Both the position numbers and the translations under genes were made by a program. The notes under the pieces were generated by a model. It did not search any database, was not told where the DNA came from, and saw only the letters and a list, made by a program, of their open reading frames with translations. This document shows, piece after piece, positions 40,757 to 50,973 of a DNA stretch of 64,000 bases. How positions within the stretch are numbered: the first letter of the stretch is position 1; every line of letters starts with the position of its first letter. The DNA is from an uncultured Alphaproteobacteria bacterium (GTDB lineage Bacteria; Pseudomonadota; Alphaproteobacteria; Rs-D84), in contig CALXXD010000001.1 in assembly GCA_944392595.1 (NCBI GenBank), forward strand, positions 3,008 to 67,007, read 5' to 3'.

Positions 40757-41746
40757 TTACTGCAATTCCATCATCAAATTTTGAATTCTGGTCATGCTGT
40801 CATTATCAACCAGCGCGGCCGCGATGGTATATGCAGAATTCAAATCGCTGCGTGCAGAATTAACATCACCCAATGCCAAATTCAATGCAGCGGACTTTTC
40901 GAAATATCCCATTGCATCACTGGACAGGCTTTCACGTGCTTCATTTGTTGTTGCACCCTGGATCTGTTCAGAAATAATGCGAATCGCAGACGCATAATCA
41001 TTTATCGCGTCGGCATAACTGCCCAGTTGGGTGTAAGCCTCGGCCCGGTCGGCATAAACAGTTGGATTAACCGTGCCTTCGGGACGCGCCAAAGAATTGG
41101 TAAAGTCCGCAACCGCGCCCTGCCAATTTTTCAGCCACAAATTTAACTGACCACGTTTGGCATACAAATCGCGCATCTGTAACAACGAACTGGGTTTCGC
41201 AGTTTGTGCCGCCAATGCGTTGTTAATGTCTGATAATGCGGTATTGTAATCTTCCAGACGAATATTCAGCAACGCACGGTCATAATATGCAACCGCATTA
41301 ACCGTATCCATTTCAATTGCTGTATTAAAATCGGCCAACGCATTTCTGAAATCAGATGTTTGCATATAAGCCTCGCCCCGCAGGACATACATGTCGGTTG
41401 TTGCGTTACCCGCGTCAATCGCAGTTGTTAAATCTGCAATCGCACCGGCAACATCACCAGACACCAATTTATCGCGTGCGGCGGCGTAATAATCAGATTG
41501 CTGTAATAATGGTTCTTCCACGATTTCAACGTTTTCAGTCGTTGCAGCGGGCGTATCAACACATGTGCCATGGCTGCGCCCCAGGATATAAAACGTTGCC
41601 GCGATAAAGAATAAAATTATGAACCAATAAACATAAATCGACAACGACCAAGTGTTTGACTTTGTCGTGGCCGCGCGTGGTGCAGTACGCGTCGCGTTGC
41701 GCGATGCCTTTGGGTTTGTAACTTTTTTGGTGGTATTTTTTTTCAT
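40757..41746 (-). CDS. Membrane-anchored TPR-repeat protein
   Basis: A basic N-terminus and one TM helix (SIYVYWFIILFFIAATFYIL) are followed by repeated A..Y..RG/A......A..D...A TPR-like units. Confidence 0.6.
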   Translation of the reverse strand: MKKNTTKKVTNPKASRNATRTAPRAATTKSNTWSLSIYVYWFIILFFIAATFYILGRSHGTCVDTPAATTENVEIVEEPLLQQSDYYAAARDKLVSGDVAGAIADLTTAIDAGNATTDMYVLRGEAYMQTSDFRNALADFNTAIEMDTVNAVAYYDRALLNIRLEDYNTALSDINNALAAQTAKPSSLLQMRDLYAKRGQLNLWLKNWQGAVADFTNSLARPEGTVNPTVYADRAEAYTQLGSYADAINDYASAIRIISEQIQGATTNEARESLSSDAMGYFEKSAALNLALGDVNSARSDLNSAYTIAAALVDNDSMTRIQNLMMELQ

Positions 41747-41777
41747 ACAAATCTCCCTTCCTGTTCTTAATTGGATT

Positions 41778-42476
41778 TTAGAGAGTTTTTAACAGCGCGT
41801 CAATTGTTTTCTGTTCTATTTTTCGTATTTTTCCCACGGACAGATTTCCCAAACGCACCGGCCCAAACGATACGCGATGCAGGCCAATCACGGGGCATCC
41901 GCACGCACGTAAAACTATACGGATTTCATTTTTTTTGCCTTCGGTAACTGTCACGCGCAAAATATTTTTTTCCATTACTTCGATTTTCATCGGACGATAT
42001 TTTATTCCATCAACCGTCACCCCACCACGCGCACGATTCAATCCTTTTTCATCCATGCGCGATACATGCGCGATATAAGTCCGCGCAATGTTCGACGACG
42101 GCAAAGTCAATTTTCGCGCCAACGCGCCATCGTTCGTCATTAACAACAGCCCCGATGTTTTATAATCCAAACGACCGATGTATTTCAGATTTTTGTATTG
42201 TGCATCCAAAACGTCATATATTGTTTTTCTGTGCGCCGGGTCGTGCGTTGTTGTCATTGTGTTTATTGGTTTATGAAATGCGTACAGTTGTGTATCTTCA
42301 CGCGCATGCAGCACCGCCCCATCCACAGCAATTTCATCACCGGCCGATACAAATGTGACGGGCGTGTCAATTTTTATTCCATTTACAGTCACACGCCCAG
42401 ACGCAATTAAATCTTCGGCCGCACGACGCGATGCGAATCCAGTGTCTGCGATAAATTTGGCAATTCGTGTTGTCAT
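41778..42476 (-). CDS. rluB: RsuA/RluB-family pseudouridine synthase
   Basis: An S4 domain (RIAKFIADTGFASRRAAEDLI..GRVTVNG) is followed by the catalytic GRLDYKTSGLLLMTNDG. The B/E/F subfamily is not resolved. Confidence 0.8.
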   Translation of the reverse strand: MTTRIAKFIADTGFASRRAAEDLIASGRVTVNGIKIDTPVTFVSAGDEIAVDGAVLHAREDTQLYAFHKPINTMTTTHDPAHRKTIYDVLDAQYKNLKYIGRLDYKTSGLLLMTNDGALARKLTLPSSNIARTYIAHVSRMDEKGLNRARGGVTVDGIKYRPMKIEVMEKNILRVTVTEGKKNEIRIVLRACGCPVIGLHRVSFGPVRLGNLSVGKIRKIEQKTIDALLKTL

Positions 42477-43129
42477 TTTAACACCCGACTGATTGCAATT
42501 GCGGCCGCCAATTCCGCGCGCAATATTGTTTTGCCCAGCGATATACCAATCGCGCCGGCCGCATCAAATGCCGCGAATTCAGCGTCTGAAAATCCGCCTT
42601 CGGGTCCGACGAACACATATTTCGCGCCACGTGCATCATTGGGCAAATTTGCGCCATACGCCGCACGTTCGTCTGCGAATACAACACGTGATAAATCGAT
42701 TTCTGAAAAATTTTTTATCGGTAAAATTTTCGGCACACTGTTGCGGTTGGATTGTTCGGCGGCCTCGGTTACTATTTTTTCCATACGCGACCAATTTATG
42801 TGTTGCGCAACCGTACGCGCAGTTATCACAGGTTGAAACGCCATCGCCCCCATTTGCGTCGCCATATTCAGCAAATCGTCGGTTCGCTTAATCGGCGAAA
42901 ACAGCAATGTAATATCGCTTGATGGGTCAGCATGCAGGGTTTTATCACCGATAATAATAAATTTATCATCATCGGTCAGTTGCGCCACGAATTCCGCCCC
43001 ACCGCCAAACGCCAAAAAATCGCGCCGGCGCATCACACGCCCAACATAGTGCGCAACGTCACGTGGCGCGGGGATTGTTAAACCCTGGCTGATTTCATCG
43101 CCCAAAAATACGCGCGGGATATTTTTCAT
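42473..43129 (-). CDS. rsmE: 16S rRNA (uracil1498-N3)-methyltransferase
   Basis: The RsmE pattern includes PRVFL..., EAAEQSNRNSVPKI and the C-terminal FVGPEGGFSDAEF...LGKTILRAE. An ATGA overlap links it to the downstream gene. Confidence 0.85.
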   Translation of the reverse strand: MKNIPRVFLGDEISQGLTIPAPRDVAHYVGRVMRRRDFLAFGGGAEFVAQLTDDDKFIIIGDKTLHADPSSDITLLFSPIKRTDDLLNMATQMGAMAFQPVITARTVAQHINWSRMEKIVTEAAEQSNRNSVPKILPIKNFSEIDLSRVVFADERAAYGANLPNDARGAKYVFVGPEGGFSDAEFAAFDAAGAIGISLGKTILRAELAAAIAISRVLK

Positions 43130-43186
43130 AAAGTTTTTTCAATTCTGATTTATAATCTTTTAATTTTCTGATATAATCATAACACA

Positions 43187-45409
43187 ATGGTCGAAAAGTT
43201 CAAGATTTTATCCGCCGGTGGCAAAGGCAAAGGACTGAATATATTCAAATCGTCCGCGTATAAAGAAAGCCTGCGCACGCCAATGGCGTCGTTGTTTTGG
43301 TCACTGCGATGGGCGGTGGGGATTTGGTTGGTATGCGCAATCGCGTTTGGATTATCGTTTTGGATTGAACATATTTGGCGATACGGTTGGTCGCCCGCCA
43401 CGGTGCAATGGACCACGCTGTATTTTCAAAATATGCTGACCAGTGGTGGGATGTCCATTTTGGCCGAGGTTCCGGCCTGGTTCATGCGCAGTTTGTTGCG
43501 GACTGATATTATGTGCATAACGCCGCTGTTGCCGATTATCGCATATTATTTTATGGCGGACAGTACTTTGATAAAAGAATTCAACCCATACGGCAACGAT
43601 AAATTTGATGATAAATCGTCCAACAAAGCATCCAAAGAAGACATCGAAAAAATGGGGCTGTTAAAGGGCTTTATGATGGTGTTGGGATATTTCAAGAAAA
43701 AACCACTGATGATGAACGAATGTTTGTCCGCACTGTGCGTTGCGCCCCCGGGGACTGGTAAATCCCAAGGTGTTGTGTTTCCGACAATTTTTGAGTGCAA
43801 TACCGTGTCGATGATTATTAACGACCCAAAACCTGAATTGTATCAACAATCGTCCGCATATCGTGCGACAATCGGACCTGTGTTTATCATGAACTGGGCG
43901 GGTCAGGATGACCCAGAACGCGGCATATATTATCCATCGTGGAATCCGCTGTCGCCCGAACACGTGCCATCCAACCAAGAACAACGCGATTTGTATATCG
44001 ATTCTATGTGCAATGTGTTGATTTCGGATAAAGAGGCTTCATCCGCTGACCCGCACTGGACAATATCTGGGCGCGCGGCTTTGTCTGGGTTGATTCAATT
44101 TATGGTGTCCAAGGTTGAACGTGCCAAGGCCGACGATTATTTTTATTCACGCATAACGTCTGGGGCTTTTGATGCCGAAGATGCGGCCGTGTTGGGGGAT
44201 TATTATCTGTCTATGATGAGTGACCCGAACGCATACGCCGCATACGCAATGTTACAGCGCAATGAATTAAACGCCATGAATTATGTACATGTCGGTACGT
44301 GGGATAAAATCCCAGACGCATGGCGCGGACGTGAAGCGTCTTTGTCCATGATTTTGGACTGGATTAACAGCAGTCAAATTTCCCAGGCGCAACAAATCGA
44401 CGAACGTCGGCGGGCGGGCGATCAAATGGCTGCTTTGGCCGACCCGATGTATGATTTGTTTATGGGGGCGGTGGATGAAGCACGTCAATATGCGTATGCT
44501 CACCGCGCCATTTTGGAATTAACACAATTGGCAAACACACCCGATAAAGAACGTGGTTCAATCTTATCCACCGTGATGGAGGGATTGTCCATATTCCGTA
44601 ATGCCGCCGTGCGTAATCGCACAAGTCATTCTGATTTCCACTTTGCGGATTTGCGCGGAATGACCGATCCACGCGATGGCAAAGTAAAGCCGGTTACGGT
44701 ATATCTGTCGATTAACATGGTTGATGCCCAGGCGTTAAATCCAATTACGGGAATATTTATCGAACTGATGACTAATTTCTTGCTGTCCAATCCGCCGGAA
44801 TCCAAGAACGGCAATGTACGCATGGGGCCATGTCCTGTGTTGTTTGTGTTGGACGAAATGCCCAAAATGCAGAAGTTACAGGCCGTGATCCAGGGACCCG
44901 ATTTGGGGCGTGGGCAAAAGATTTCATACCTGATTATTGGCCAGGATATTCACCAGATTCAGGAAAAATACGGTGCAGATGCCGCTGCCACGATTATTTC
45001 CACAACCGCCGCAAAAATTGTTATGCGTCAAAATGATCCTGATACCGCACAGCGATTTTCCGATATGATGGGCAAAAAAATAAAAATTAAAACCGTCAAA
45101 GGCCCCGATGGGAAAGAAGTCGAAGAAAAATCCGAAGAACCACTGTTCAGCCCGATGGACATTATGAAATTGGATCACAAAAAACAATTGGTTATATTCC
45201 AGGGTTGGTACCACCGCCCAATCGAGGCTGATAAACAATTTGCGTTTGAAGACCCGCGGTTATCCAAATTTATGGCCATGGGGGCGTGCAGCCCATTGCC
45301 TGAATTTTTAATCCCGTCGCACCATGCGGCGTTGGGGTACAGTGGCAACCCACGGATATATATCCCCCAAACACAAGAAACCAAGGAATTAGAGCCTGTG
45401 AAAAAATAG
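43187..45409 (+). CDS. virD4: Type IV secretion coupling protein, VirD4/TraG family
   Basis: N-terminal TM helices, Walker A VAPPGTGKSQGVVFPT, Walker B VLFVLDEMPKM and the conserved IIGQDIHQIQEKYG block. Confidence 0.85.
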   Translation: MVEKFKILSAGGKGKGLNIFKSSAYKESLRTPMASLFWSLRWAVGIWLVCAIAFGLSFWIEHIWRYGWSPATVQWTTLYFQNMLTSGGMSILAEVPAWFMRSLLRTDIMCITPLLPIIAYYFMADSTLIKEFNPYGNDKFDDKSSNKASKEDIEKMGLLKGFMMVLGYFKKKPLMMNECLSALCVAPPGTGKSQGVVFPTIFECNTVSMIINDPKPELYQQSSAYRATIGPVFIMNWAGQDDPERGIYYPSWNPLSPEHVPSNQEQRDLYIDSMCNVLISDKEASSADPHWTISGRAALSGLIQFMVSKVERAKADDYFYSRITSGAFDAEDAAVLGDYYLSMMSDPNAYAAYAMLQRNELNAMNYVHVGTWDKIPDAWRGREASLSMILDWINSSQISQAQQIDERRRAGDQMAALADPMYDLFMGAVDEARQYAYAHRAILELTQLANTPDKERGSILSTVMEGLSIFRNAAVRNRTSHSDFHFADLRGMTDPRDGKVKPVTVYLSINMVDAQALNPITGIFIELMTNFLLSNPPESKNGNVRMGPCPVLFVLDEMPKMQKLQAVIQGPDLGRGQKISYLIIGQDIHQIQEKYGADAAATIISTTAAKIVMRQNDPDTAQRFSDMMGKKIKIKTVKGPDGKEVEEKSEEPLFSPMDIMKLDHKKQLVIFQGWYHRPIEADKQFAFEDPRLSKFMAMGACSPLPEFLIPSHHAALGYSGNPRIYIPQTQETKELEPVKK

Positions 45410-45413
45410 TCAT

Positions 45414-45440
45414 AAAAAATCGCCCATGCGGGCGATTTTT
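45414..45440. terminator. Bidirectional terminator (virD4 / rpsO)
   Basis: aaaaaatcgccc-atgc-gggcgattttt. Confidence 0.75.
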
Positions 45441-45711
45441 ATTTACGCAGACCGAGTTTTTTAATCAGTTCTTCGTATTCGGTCACATTGCGACGTTTGA
45501 TGTACGCCAACAATTTCTTGCGACGATTTACCATCTGGGTCAGACCGCGACGCGAATGCAAATCTTTGTGATTATTTTTCATGTGTTCGGTCAAATTGCG
45601 AATGCGTTCAGTTAAAACCGCAACCTGGGACGCAGCAGAACCGCCGTTATCCTGATCGGTTGTTTTGTACGCTTTGATTATTTCGCTTTTCTTTTCTTTT
45701 GTAATGGACAT
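45439..45711 (-). CDS. rpsO: 30S ribosomal protein S15
   Basis: [15 protein letters not shown]...[37 protein letters not shown] is canonical S15. Confidence 0.95.
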   Translation of the reverse strand: MSITKEKKSEIIKAYKTTDQDNGGSAASQVAVLTERIRNLTEHMKNNHKDLHSRRGLTQMVNRRKKLLAYIKRRNVTEYEELIKKLGLRK

Positions 45712-45723
45712 TGTTATTTTCCT

Positions 45724-46602
45724 TTATTTAATTGTTCGTTTTGGGCGCAGTGTGTTGGACGCAACGTATCCAATTCCGATAAATTCAGAACCGCAATATA
45801 CGCGACGCAATCCGTCCGCACCCGATGTCACGATAAACCCGCCGTTTTTGTACAATTCGGCCGATTTACCGTCCAGATTCTGAACCGGAATGTCCCCCAG
45901 TCCAAAATCAACCGATTTCAGGTATTCCCCAAAATCCCCACCATTATTAACCAGTTTTTCCAAAAAATCAAGTTTTACAGCGTCTTTTATTGTAAAACCA
46001 ATGCTTTCTGTGCGGCGAATCATGGTGACAGTGGCGACAGAATTACACTTTTTTGCAATATCACGTGCGATTGCGCGAACGTATGTGCCGCGCCCGCAAC
46101 GTGTGCGAAAAGTCCATTCATCGCCATTTGTATCCAATAATTCCAACGTTTCAATATGCACGCATCGCGCCGGCAAATCCACAGCCCCGCCCCGTCGCGC
46201 CACGTCGTATGCACGGTGGCCGTCAATATGCACGGCACTGTACGCGGGCGGCGTTTGCATGACATCGCCCGTCAGGGTCGGTAATATACCCGTAACCACA
46301 TCGCGCGATGGAATAACGTCTGAACGCACCAAAGTGCGACCATACGCATCCAAAGTATCTGTTTCAAATCCGAATTTTAATGAAAAAGTATATTCTTTGA
46401 TTGTGGGACGAATTTCTTCGACAAATGGAATCATCTTGGTCGCATTCCCCAGCGCAACAGGCAGCACCCCAGACGCCATTTCATCCAATGTACCAATGTG
46501 CCCAAACGTACGCGCGCCAAACATACGCGCCACTATCCCCGCCGCGCGGCGTGAAAACATCCCAGACGGCTTGTCCAAAATAATCCATCCGTCGTGCATC
46601 AT
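45724..46602 (-). CDS. truB: tRNA pseudouridine(55) synthase
   Basis: GWIILDKPSGMFS...GHIGTLDEMASGVLPVALGNATK is the TruB catalytic Asp motif. The truB-rpsO order is conserved. Confidence 0.9.
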   Translation of the reverse strand: MMHDGWIILDKPSGMFSRRAAGIVARMFGARTFGHIGTLDEMASGVLPVALGNATKMIPFVEEIRPTIKEYTFSLKFGFETDTLDAYGRTLVRSDVIPSRDVVTGILPTLTGDVMQTPPAYSAVHIDGHRAYDVARRGGAVDLPARCVHIETLELLDTNGDEWTFRTRCGRGTYVRAIARDIAKKCNSVATVTMIRRTESIGFTIKDAVKLDFLEKLVNNGGDFGEYLKSVDFGLGDIPVQNLDGKSAELYKNGGFIVTSGADGLRRVYCGSEFIGIGYVASNTLRPKRTIK

Positions 46603-47105
46603 TACCGCACCCGTACAGATAATCTTTCACGCGACATACGTGATAAAAATTTGTTTAATTCAGAACGCGATTCTTCACATTTTGGCCATAATTGCCGCAA
46701 ATTATATAAATCTATGACCGCATCAGCCATACCATGATGAAATGGCATCCATTGCCAAACACGCGGAACATCAACACCATCAGCATCAGACACAGACGCA
46801 TCCATCGGCACGTTAATAAATATTCGCTTTCCATCAAATCGTATATCGCGCGCAAATAAAAATTTTGGTCCCCATTTAACAGACGATCTGAAATCGTATC
46901 CGTTAATTGTGAAATCATATTTGGTTCCCAAACGAAATTCTGGTAAAACGCCGCTGTAACCATGGATTACAGACGGCGCAGAAAAATCATATCGGGATAA
47001 ATATTTTTTCAAATCTTTGGCATTGTGGCATTCATGATAACTGTCATAAAAACTGCTGCGCCACGGCGTATTAAAAACAAACATTGGATGTAAAGAATTT
47101 TTCAT
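46602..47105 (-). CDS. Hypothetical protein (167 aa) translationally coupled to truB
   Basis: An AAGGGG RBS is present. Its stop TAA overlaps the truB ATG by 1 nt (TAATG). No recognisable motif, and it is not RbfA-like. Confidence 0.5.
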   Translation of the reverse strand: MKNSLHPMFVFNTPWRSSFYDSYHECHNAKDLKKYLSRYDFSAPSVIHGYSGVLPEFRLGTKYDFTINGYDFRSSVKWGPKFLFARDIRFDGKRIFINVPMDASVSDADGVDVPRVWQWMPFHHGMADAVIDLYNLRQLWPKCEESRSELNKFLSRMSRERLSVRVR

Positions 47106-47124
47106 TTTTACCCCTTTTTATATT

Positions 47125-49665
47125 TCATCCAAACAAATTTAATTGAACCTTGTTCGATTTAGGCTGCTGGACGCGCACTTGTTGCGATGTTGGCGTGTTT
47201 TGTGGCGGCGTATTCTGCGATGATTGCATTGGCGCGCCACGCGATTCCAATTCAGCCAAGACGGTTTCCGCCCGCGCCACAACAGACGCCGGCATGCCCG
47301 CCATCTTTGCCACCCCAATTCCATACGAACGATTGGCAACGCCTGCGATTATTTTGTGCATAAATATGATTTCATTGTTATGTTCGCGCACGTCAATTGT
47401 TAAACATGTTACATTCTGTAACTGACCCGCGTTTTCCCCAACCAGTGCGGTTAATTCATGGTAATGCGTCGCGAATAATGTGCGCGCGTGCAACGCATCG
47501 ACGTATTCCAATACAGCCTGGGCTATGGCCATACCATCGTATGTTGATGTGCCGCGACCGATTTCATCGAAAATTATAAAAGACTGCTTTGTGGCGCGAT
47601 TTAATATGTTTGCGGTCTCGGTCATTTCAACCATAAATGTCGATTGCCCCGCCGCCAAATTATCAGACGCACCAACACGGCTGAATAACTGGTCGCATAC
47701 GCCAATTGTCGCGGACACAGCCGGCACAAACGACCCCAATTGGGCCAACACCACCAACAGCGCGTTTTGACGCAAATATGTCGATTTACCCGCCATATTC
47801 GGCCCCGTTAATAAAGCGACTGATTTCGCATTCAGATTACAATCGTTTTTAACAAAACTGTCGCCGCGGGCACGCAGGACGTAATCTATGACCGGGTGAC
47901 GGCCGCCCGCCACATCGAATGCCGTGTCGTCTGAGACATTTGGGCGCACCCAAGAATACTTATCGGCCACGTCCGCCAAAGCATACCATACGTCCAATTC
48001 AGCCAATAATTCCGCAATCTGTAAAATATCATCCGCAACTGCACGAATTTTCTCGATTAAACGCGATATAATTTCAGCCTCGATAGCGGCGGATTTTTCT
48101 GCGGATGCGCGAACATCGTTATCCAAATCGATTAACCGCGCTGTGGTAAAACGCATATTGCCCGCCATTGTTTGACGATGAATAAATCCTGACTCGGGCG
48201 CCATCAGTGCATCTGCGCGGGCGGATGGAACCTCGATAAAATAGCCCAAAATATTATTGTATTTTATTTTCAGATTATGAACGCCGGTTGCCGTGGCATA
48301 TTCAGACTGCATGCCTGCGATTGTTTCCTGGGCGCCGTGCGCCAATTTGCGCATATTGTCCAACCCCGCATCAAAGCCCGTGCGAATTACACCACCATCA
48401 CGGAAAAACGTGGGCAATTCATCGTTTAATGCAGAATTTAACTCGGTCGCCAAATCGCCATGAGTGTTTATATCTTCAAATCGCGCCGCCAGTTCGGCAT
48501 CCAAACGTGTGGCCTGGATTTTCGCGTTTGGTAATTCAATCAAAAAATCCGTTATGTGACGCATATCACGCGGCGTGCCACGTCCCGACAACAGGCGCGA
48601 TAAACTGCGCCCCACATCCGGCACAACCGACAACATATCCGCCACAGCCGCGCGAACATCGTTATTTAACACCAAATGCCCAATATGAGTTTGCCGGCAA
48701 CGAATTTCGTTTGTGTCTGCGGATAAAGTACGCAAGAACGCACGTAATTTTCGCGCACCAGCCGCCGTTTTCGTATTATCCAAAACATCCACCAGGCACA
48801 CACCACCGTCGTTAATTGGCGCGTCTATTTCCAAACTTTTCCATGTTGCAGAATCTATTAACAATTGGCGGCCTGATTTATACAAATACGGCGCACGAAA
48901 AGTTATCGCCGCGCCACGTTGTGTATTAAACAAATATCCAGCCAATAATTTAATCGCACTGTCGTAATTCGAAGTCGTTACATCATTTGGCGCAACCGCA
49001 CCCGCAAATACAGACGTTACGATTTTTTCTATGTCCGCGCGCATATACAGTTTTTCATACACCGGCGTTGTTTTGAACATATCGCGCAACTGCATCACGA
49101 TTTCATTTTCAGCCGTGGCGTCGGGGTAAATAACCTCGGCCGGGCAAATACGCACCATATCGTCGATTATGTCCGATGTGCGACCCACAAAAAACTCGCC
49201 CGTTGAAATATCACAACCTGCGATTTCAAACTGATTTTTTTCAACCGGGACAATCGCAATTAAAAAATTAGAATTTTTCGGCGTTAATAAATTTTCATCC
49301 GTCAATGTGCCGGGGGTTAAAACACGAACAACGCGCCTGTCGATAAATTTGTGACCACGTGCCTTGGCCTGGGCGGGCGTTTCCATTTGTTCGACCAATG
49401 CGACACGATACCCCGCACGCACCAGACGACCGAAATAATTATCCGCCGCATGCCACGGAATCCCGCACATAGGAATATTTTCACCATCACCATCTGTGCC
49501 ACGCTGGGTTAAAACCAGTCCCAATGCCGCGCTGATTGTTTTGGCATCTTCAAAGAAAGCCTCGTAAAAATCGCCCAAACGAAACATCAACAATGCGTCG
49601 GGATTTTCAGCCCGCATATCGACGTATTGCTGCATAACTGGGGTTAATTTACTTTTTTCCGCCAC
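47125..49665 (-). CDS. mutS: DNA mismatch repair protein MutS
   Basis: TPVMQQY...FYEAFFEDA is the mismatch-binding N-terminus. Walker A is GPNMAGKSTYLRQ. FIIFDEIGRGTSTYDG is also present. A GTG start is inferred. Confidence 0.95.
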   Translation of the reverse strand: MAEKSKLTPVMQQYVDMRAENPDALLMFRLGDFYEAFFEDAKTISAALGLVLTQRGTDGDGENIPMCGIPWHAADNYFGRLVRAGYRVALVEQMETPAQAKARGHKFIDRRVVRVLTPGTLTDENLLTPKNSNFLIAIVPVEKNQFEIAGCDISTGEFFVGRTSDIIDDMVRICPAEVIYPDATAENEIVMQLRDMFKTTPVYEKLYMRADIEKIVTSVFAGAVAPNDVTTSNYDSAIKLLAGYLFNTQRGAAITFRAPYLYKSGRQLLIDSATWKSLEIDAPINDGGVCLVDVLDNTKTAAGARKLRAFLRTLSADTNEIRCRQTHIGHLVLNNDVRAAVADMLSVVPDVGRSLSRLLSGRGTPRDMRHITDFLIELPNAKIQATRLDAELAARFEDINTHGDLATELNSALNDELPTFFRDGGVIRTGFDAGLDNMRKLAHGAQETIAGMQSEYATATGVHNLKIKYNNILGYFIEVPSARADALMAPESGFIHRQTMAGNMRFTTARLIDLDNDVRASAEKSAAIEAEIISRLIEKIRAVADDILQIAELLAELDVWYALADVADKYSWVRPNVSDDTAFDVAGGRHPVIDYVLRARGDSFVKNDCNLNAKSVALLTGPNMAGKSTYLRQNALLVVLAQLGSFVPAVSATIGVCDQLFSRVGASDNLAAGQSTFMVEMTETANILNRATKQSFIIFDEIGRGTSTYDGMAIAQAVLEYVDALHARTLFATHYHELTALVGENAGQLQNVTCLTIDVREHNNEIIFMHKIIAGVANRSYGIGVAKMAGMPASVVARAETVLAELESRGAPMQSSQNTPPQNTPTSQQVRVQQPKSNKVQLNLFG

Positions 49666-49675
49666 GATAAATCCA

Positions 49676-49879
49676 TTATGCTTGCGCCGGGGTAACCTTT
49701 AACGTTTCGATTTTTAATTCGGCTTCTTTTAACAATTGTTCGCAGTACGCTTTCAGTTTAATGCCCTGCTCGTACGCGGCAACAGAATCCGCCAGCGGTA
49801 ATTCGCCCGATTCCATTTTTTTTACCAATTCAGTTAATTGTTTGTATGCTTCTTCAAAAGACAATTTTTTTTCGTCCAT
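49676..49879 (-). CDS. xseB: Exodeoxyribonuclease VII small subunit
   Basis: LSFEEAYKQLTELVKKMESGELPLADSVAAYEQGIKL is the typical XseB helix-hairpin. Confidence 0.85.
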   Translation of the reverse strand: MDEKKLSFEEAYKQLTELVKKMESGELPLADSVAAYEQGIKLKAYCEQLLKEAELKIETLKVTPAQA

Positions 49880-49941
49880 AAAAACACCCTTTTGTCACAC
49901 GACAAACATACAAAAACCTTTGCAAAAACGCAATTAAAATT

Positions 49942-50970
49942 TTACAGAGTTAAACGTAATCCAACCGCAATAAACGGCGTTTTTGTGGTAAGCCCGCCCG
50001 ACATCCAAATATCCACATTTTCGCTGTATTTATATCGGAAAGAAGCAATCGCCGTATGATCCATATAATCATCCACGTCGCGATTCCATACGCCTGTGTC
50101 GGAAAATATGTATGTTAATGATATGCTGTAATTCAAAATATCGTAACTGACGCCGGTGCCAACCGCCAATCCGTCAGATATTGGGCCAACGGGATTTTCA
50201 TCATAAATCAGTCGTGCTGTTGTGCCGAACATCCAACTGTTGTATTGAATGTTTATACCGCCCGATACCTGGGCGCGCCAATCTGCATAAACGCGCGGGG
50301 TATATGCGTCCGTACGATATCCATCGGGGCGCGACATAAATGATGCGCCAAACGTATATGCAGTTTTAACCTTGCCCGATGGTTGGCGGATTTTTACCGC
50401 GCCGTCAATTGCGTAATCATAATGATCGGTCAGACCCGCAACCGACAATCCATATTGTGCCATACCAATCGGCATGGTTGCGTAATTTAACCGCAGCGCA
50501 CCACGCCCGGTTGTTAATGTTGTATCCGAAATAACAGGGCCGTTTGGTGTGATTTTTTTATAAAACAGCGGTTTATCATTTACGCGCAACCCGCCAACAT
50601 CCGGCAATCCAACCCCCAGTTTTCGCGCAATTGAATCTGTAAAACCGAATTCAAAACGTCCCACATCCCTGTTTTGCCAATATGTAAATCCTTCGCGCAG
50701 AAATTTATCTTCATCCACGGCGGCGGCATCGATTGCATACACAAATCCCAATTTGTTCGAATCGTTTGCCCGCCAATCCACTTCGCCACGCACGCGCCAA
50801 TCGCCAACAAAATCAGGGTTATCAAAATCGTAATCCAACGCGCCACCAGTTGCATATCCAGATAATTTGAATCCGAAATCGCCCGCATTATATTCCAACG
50901 CATGCGACGCCGCCCCAGAAAACAACACAATAATGCCCGCGGCAAAAATATTTTTGCAAATGTATTTCAT
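49942..50970 (-). CDS. Putative outer-membrane beta-barrel/porin
   Basis: Signal peptide MKYICKNIFAAGIIVLFSGAASHA|LE. The Gly/Tyr-rich alternating strands run throughout. Confidence 0.55.
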   Translation of the reverse strand: MKYICKNIFAAGIIVLFSGAASHALEYNAGDFGFKLSGYATGGALDYDFDNPDFVGDWRVRGEVDWRANDSNKLGFVYAIDAAAVDEDKFLREGFTYWQNRDVGRFEFGFTDSIARKLGVGLPDVGGLRVNDKPLFYKKITPNGPVISDTTLTTGRGALRLNYATMPIGMAQYGLSVAGLTDHYDYAIDGAVKIRQPSGKVKTAYTFGASFMSRPDGYRTDAYTPRVYADWRAQVSGGINIQYNSWMFGTTARLIYDENPVGPISDGLAVGTGVSYDILNYSISLTYIFSDTGVWNRDVDDYMDHTAIASFRYKYSENVDIWMSGGLTTKTPFIAVGLRLTL

Positions 50971-50973
50971 AAC

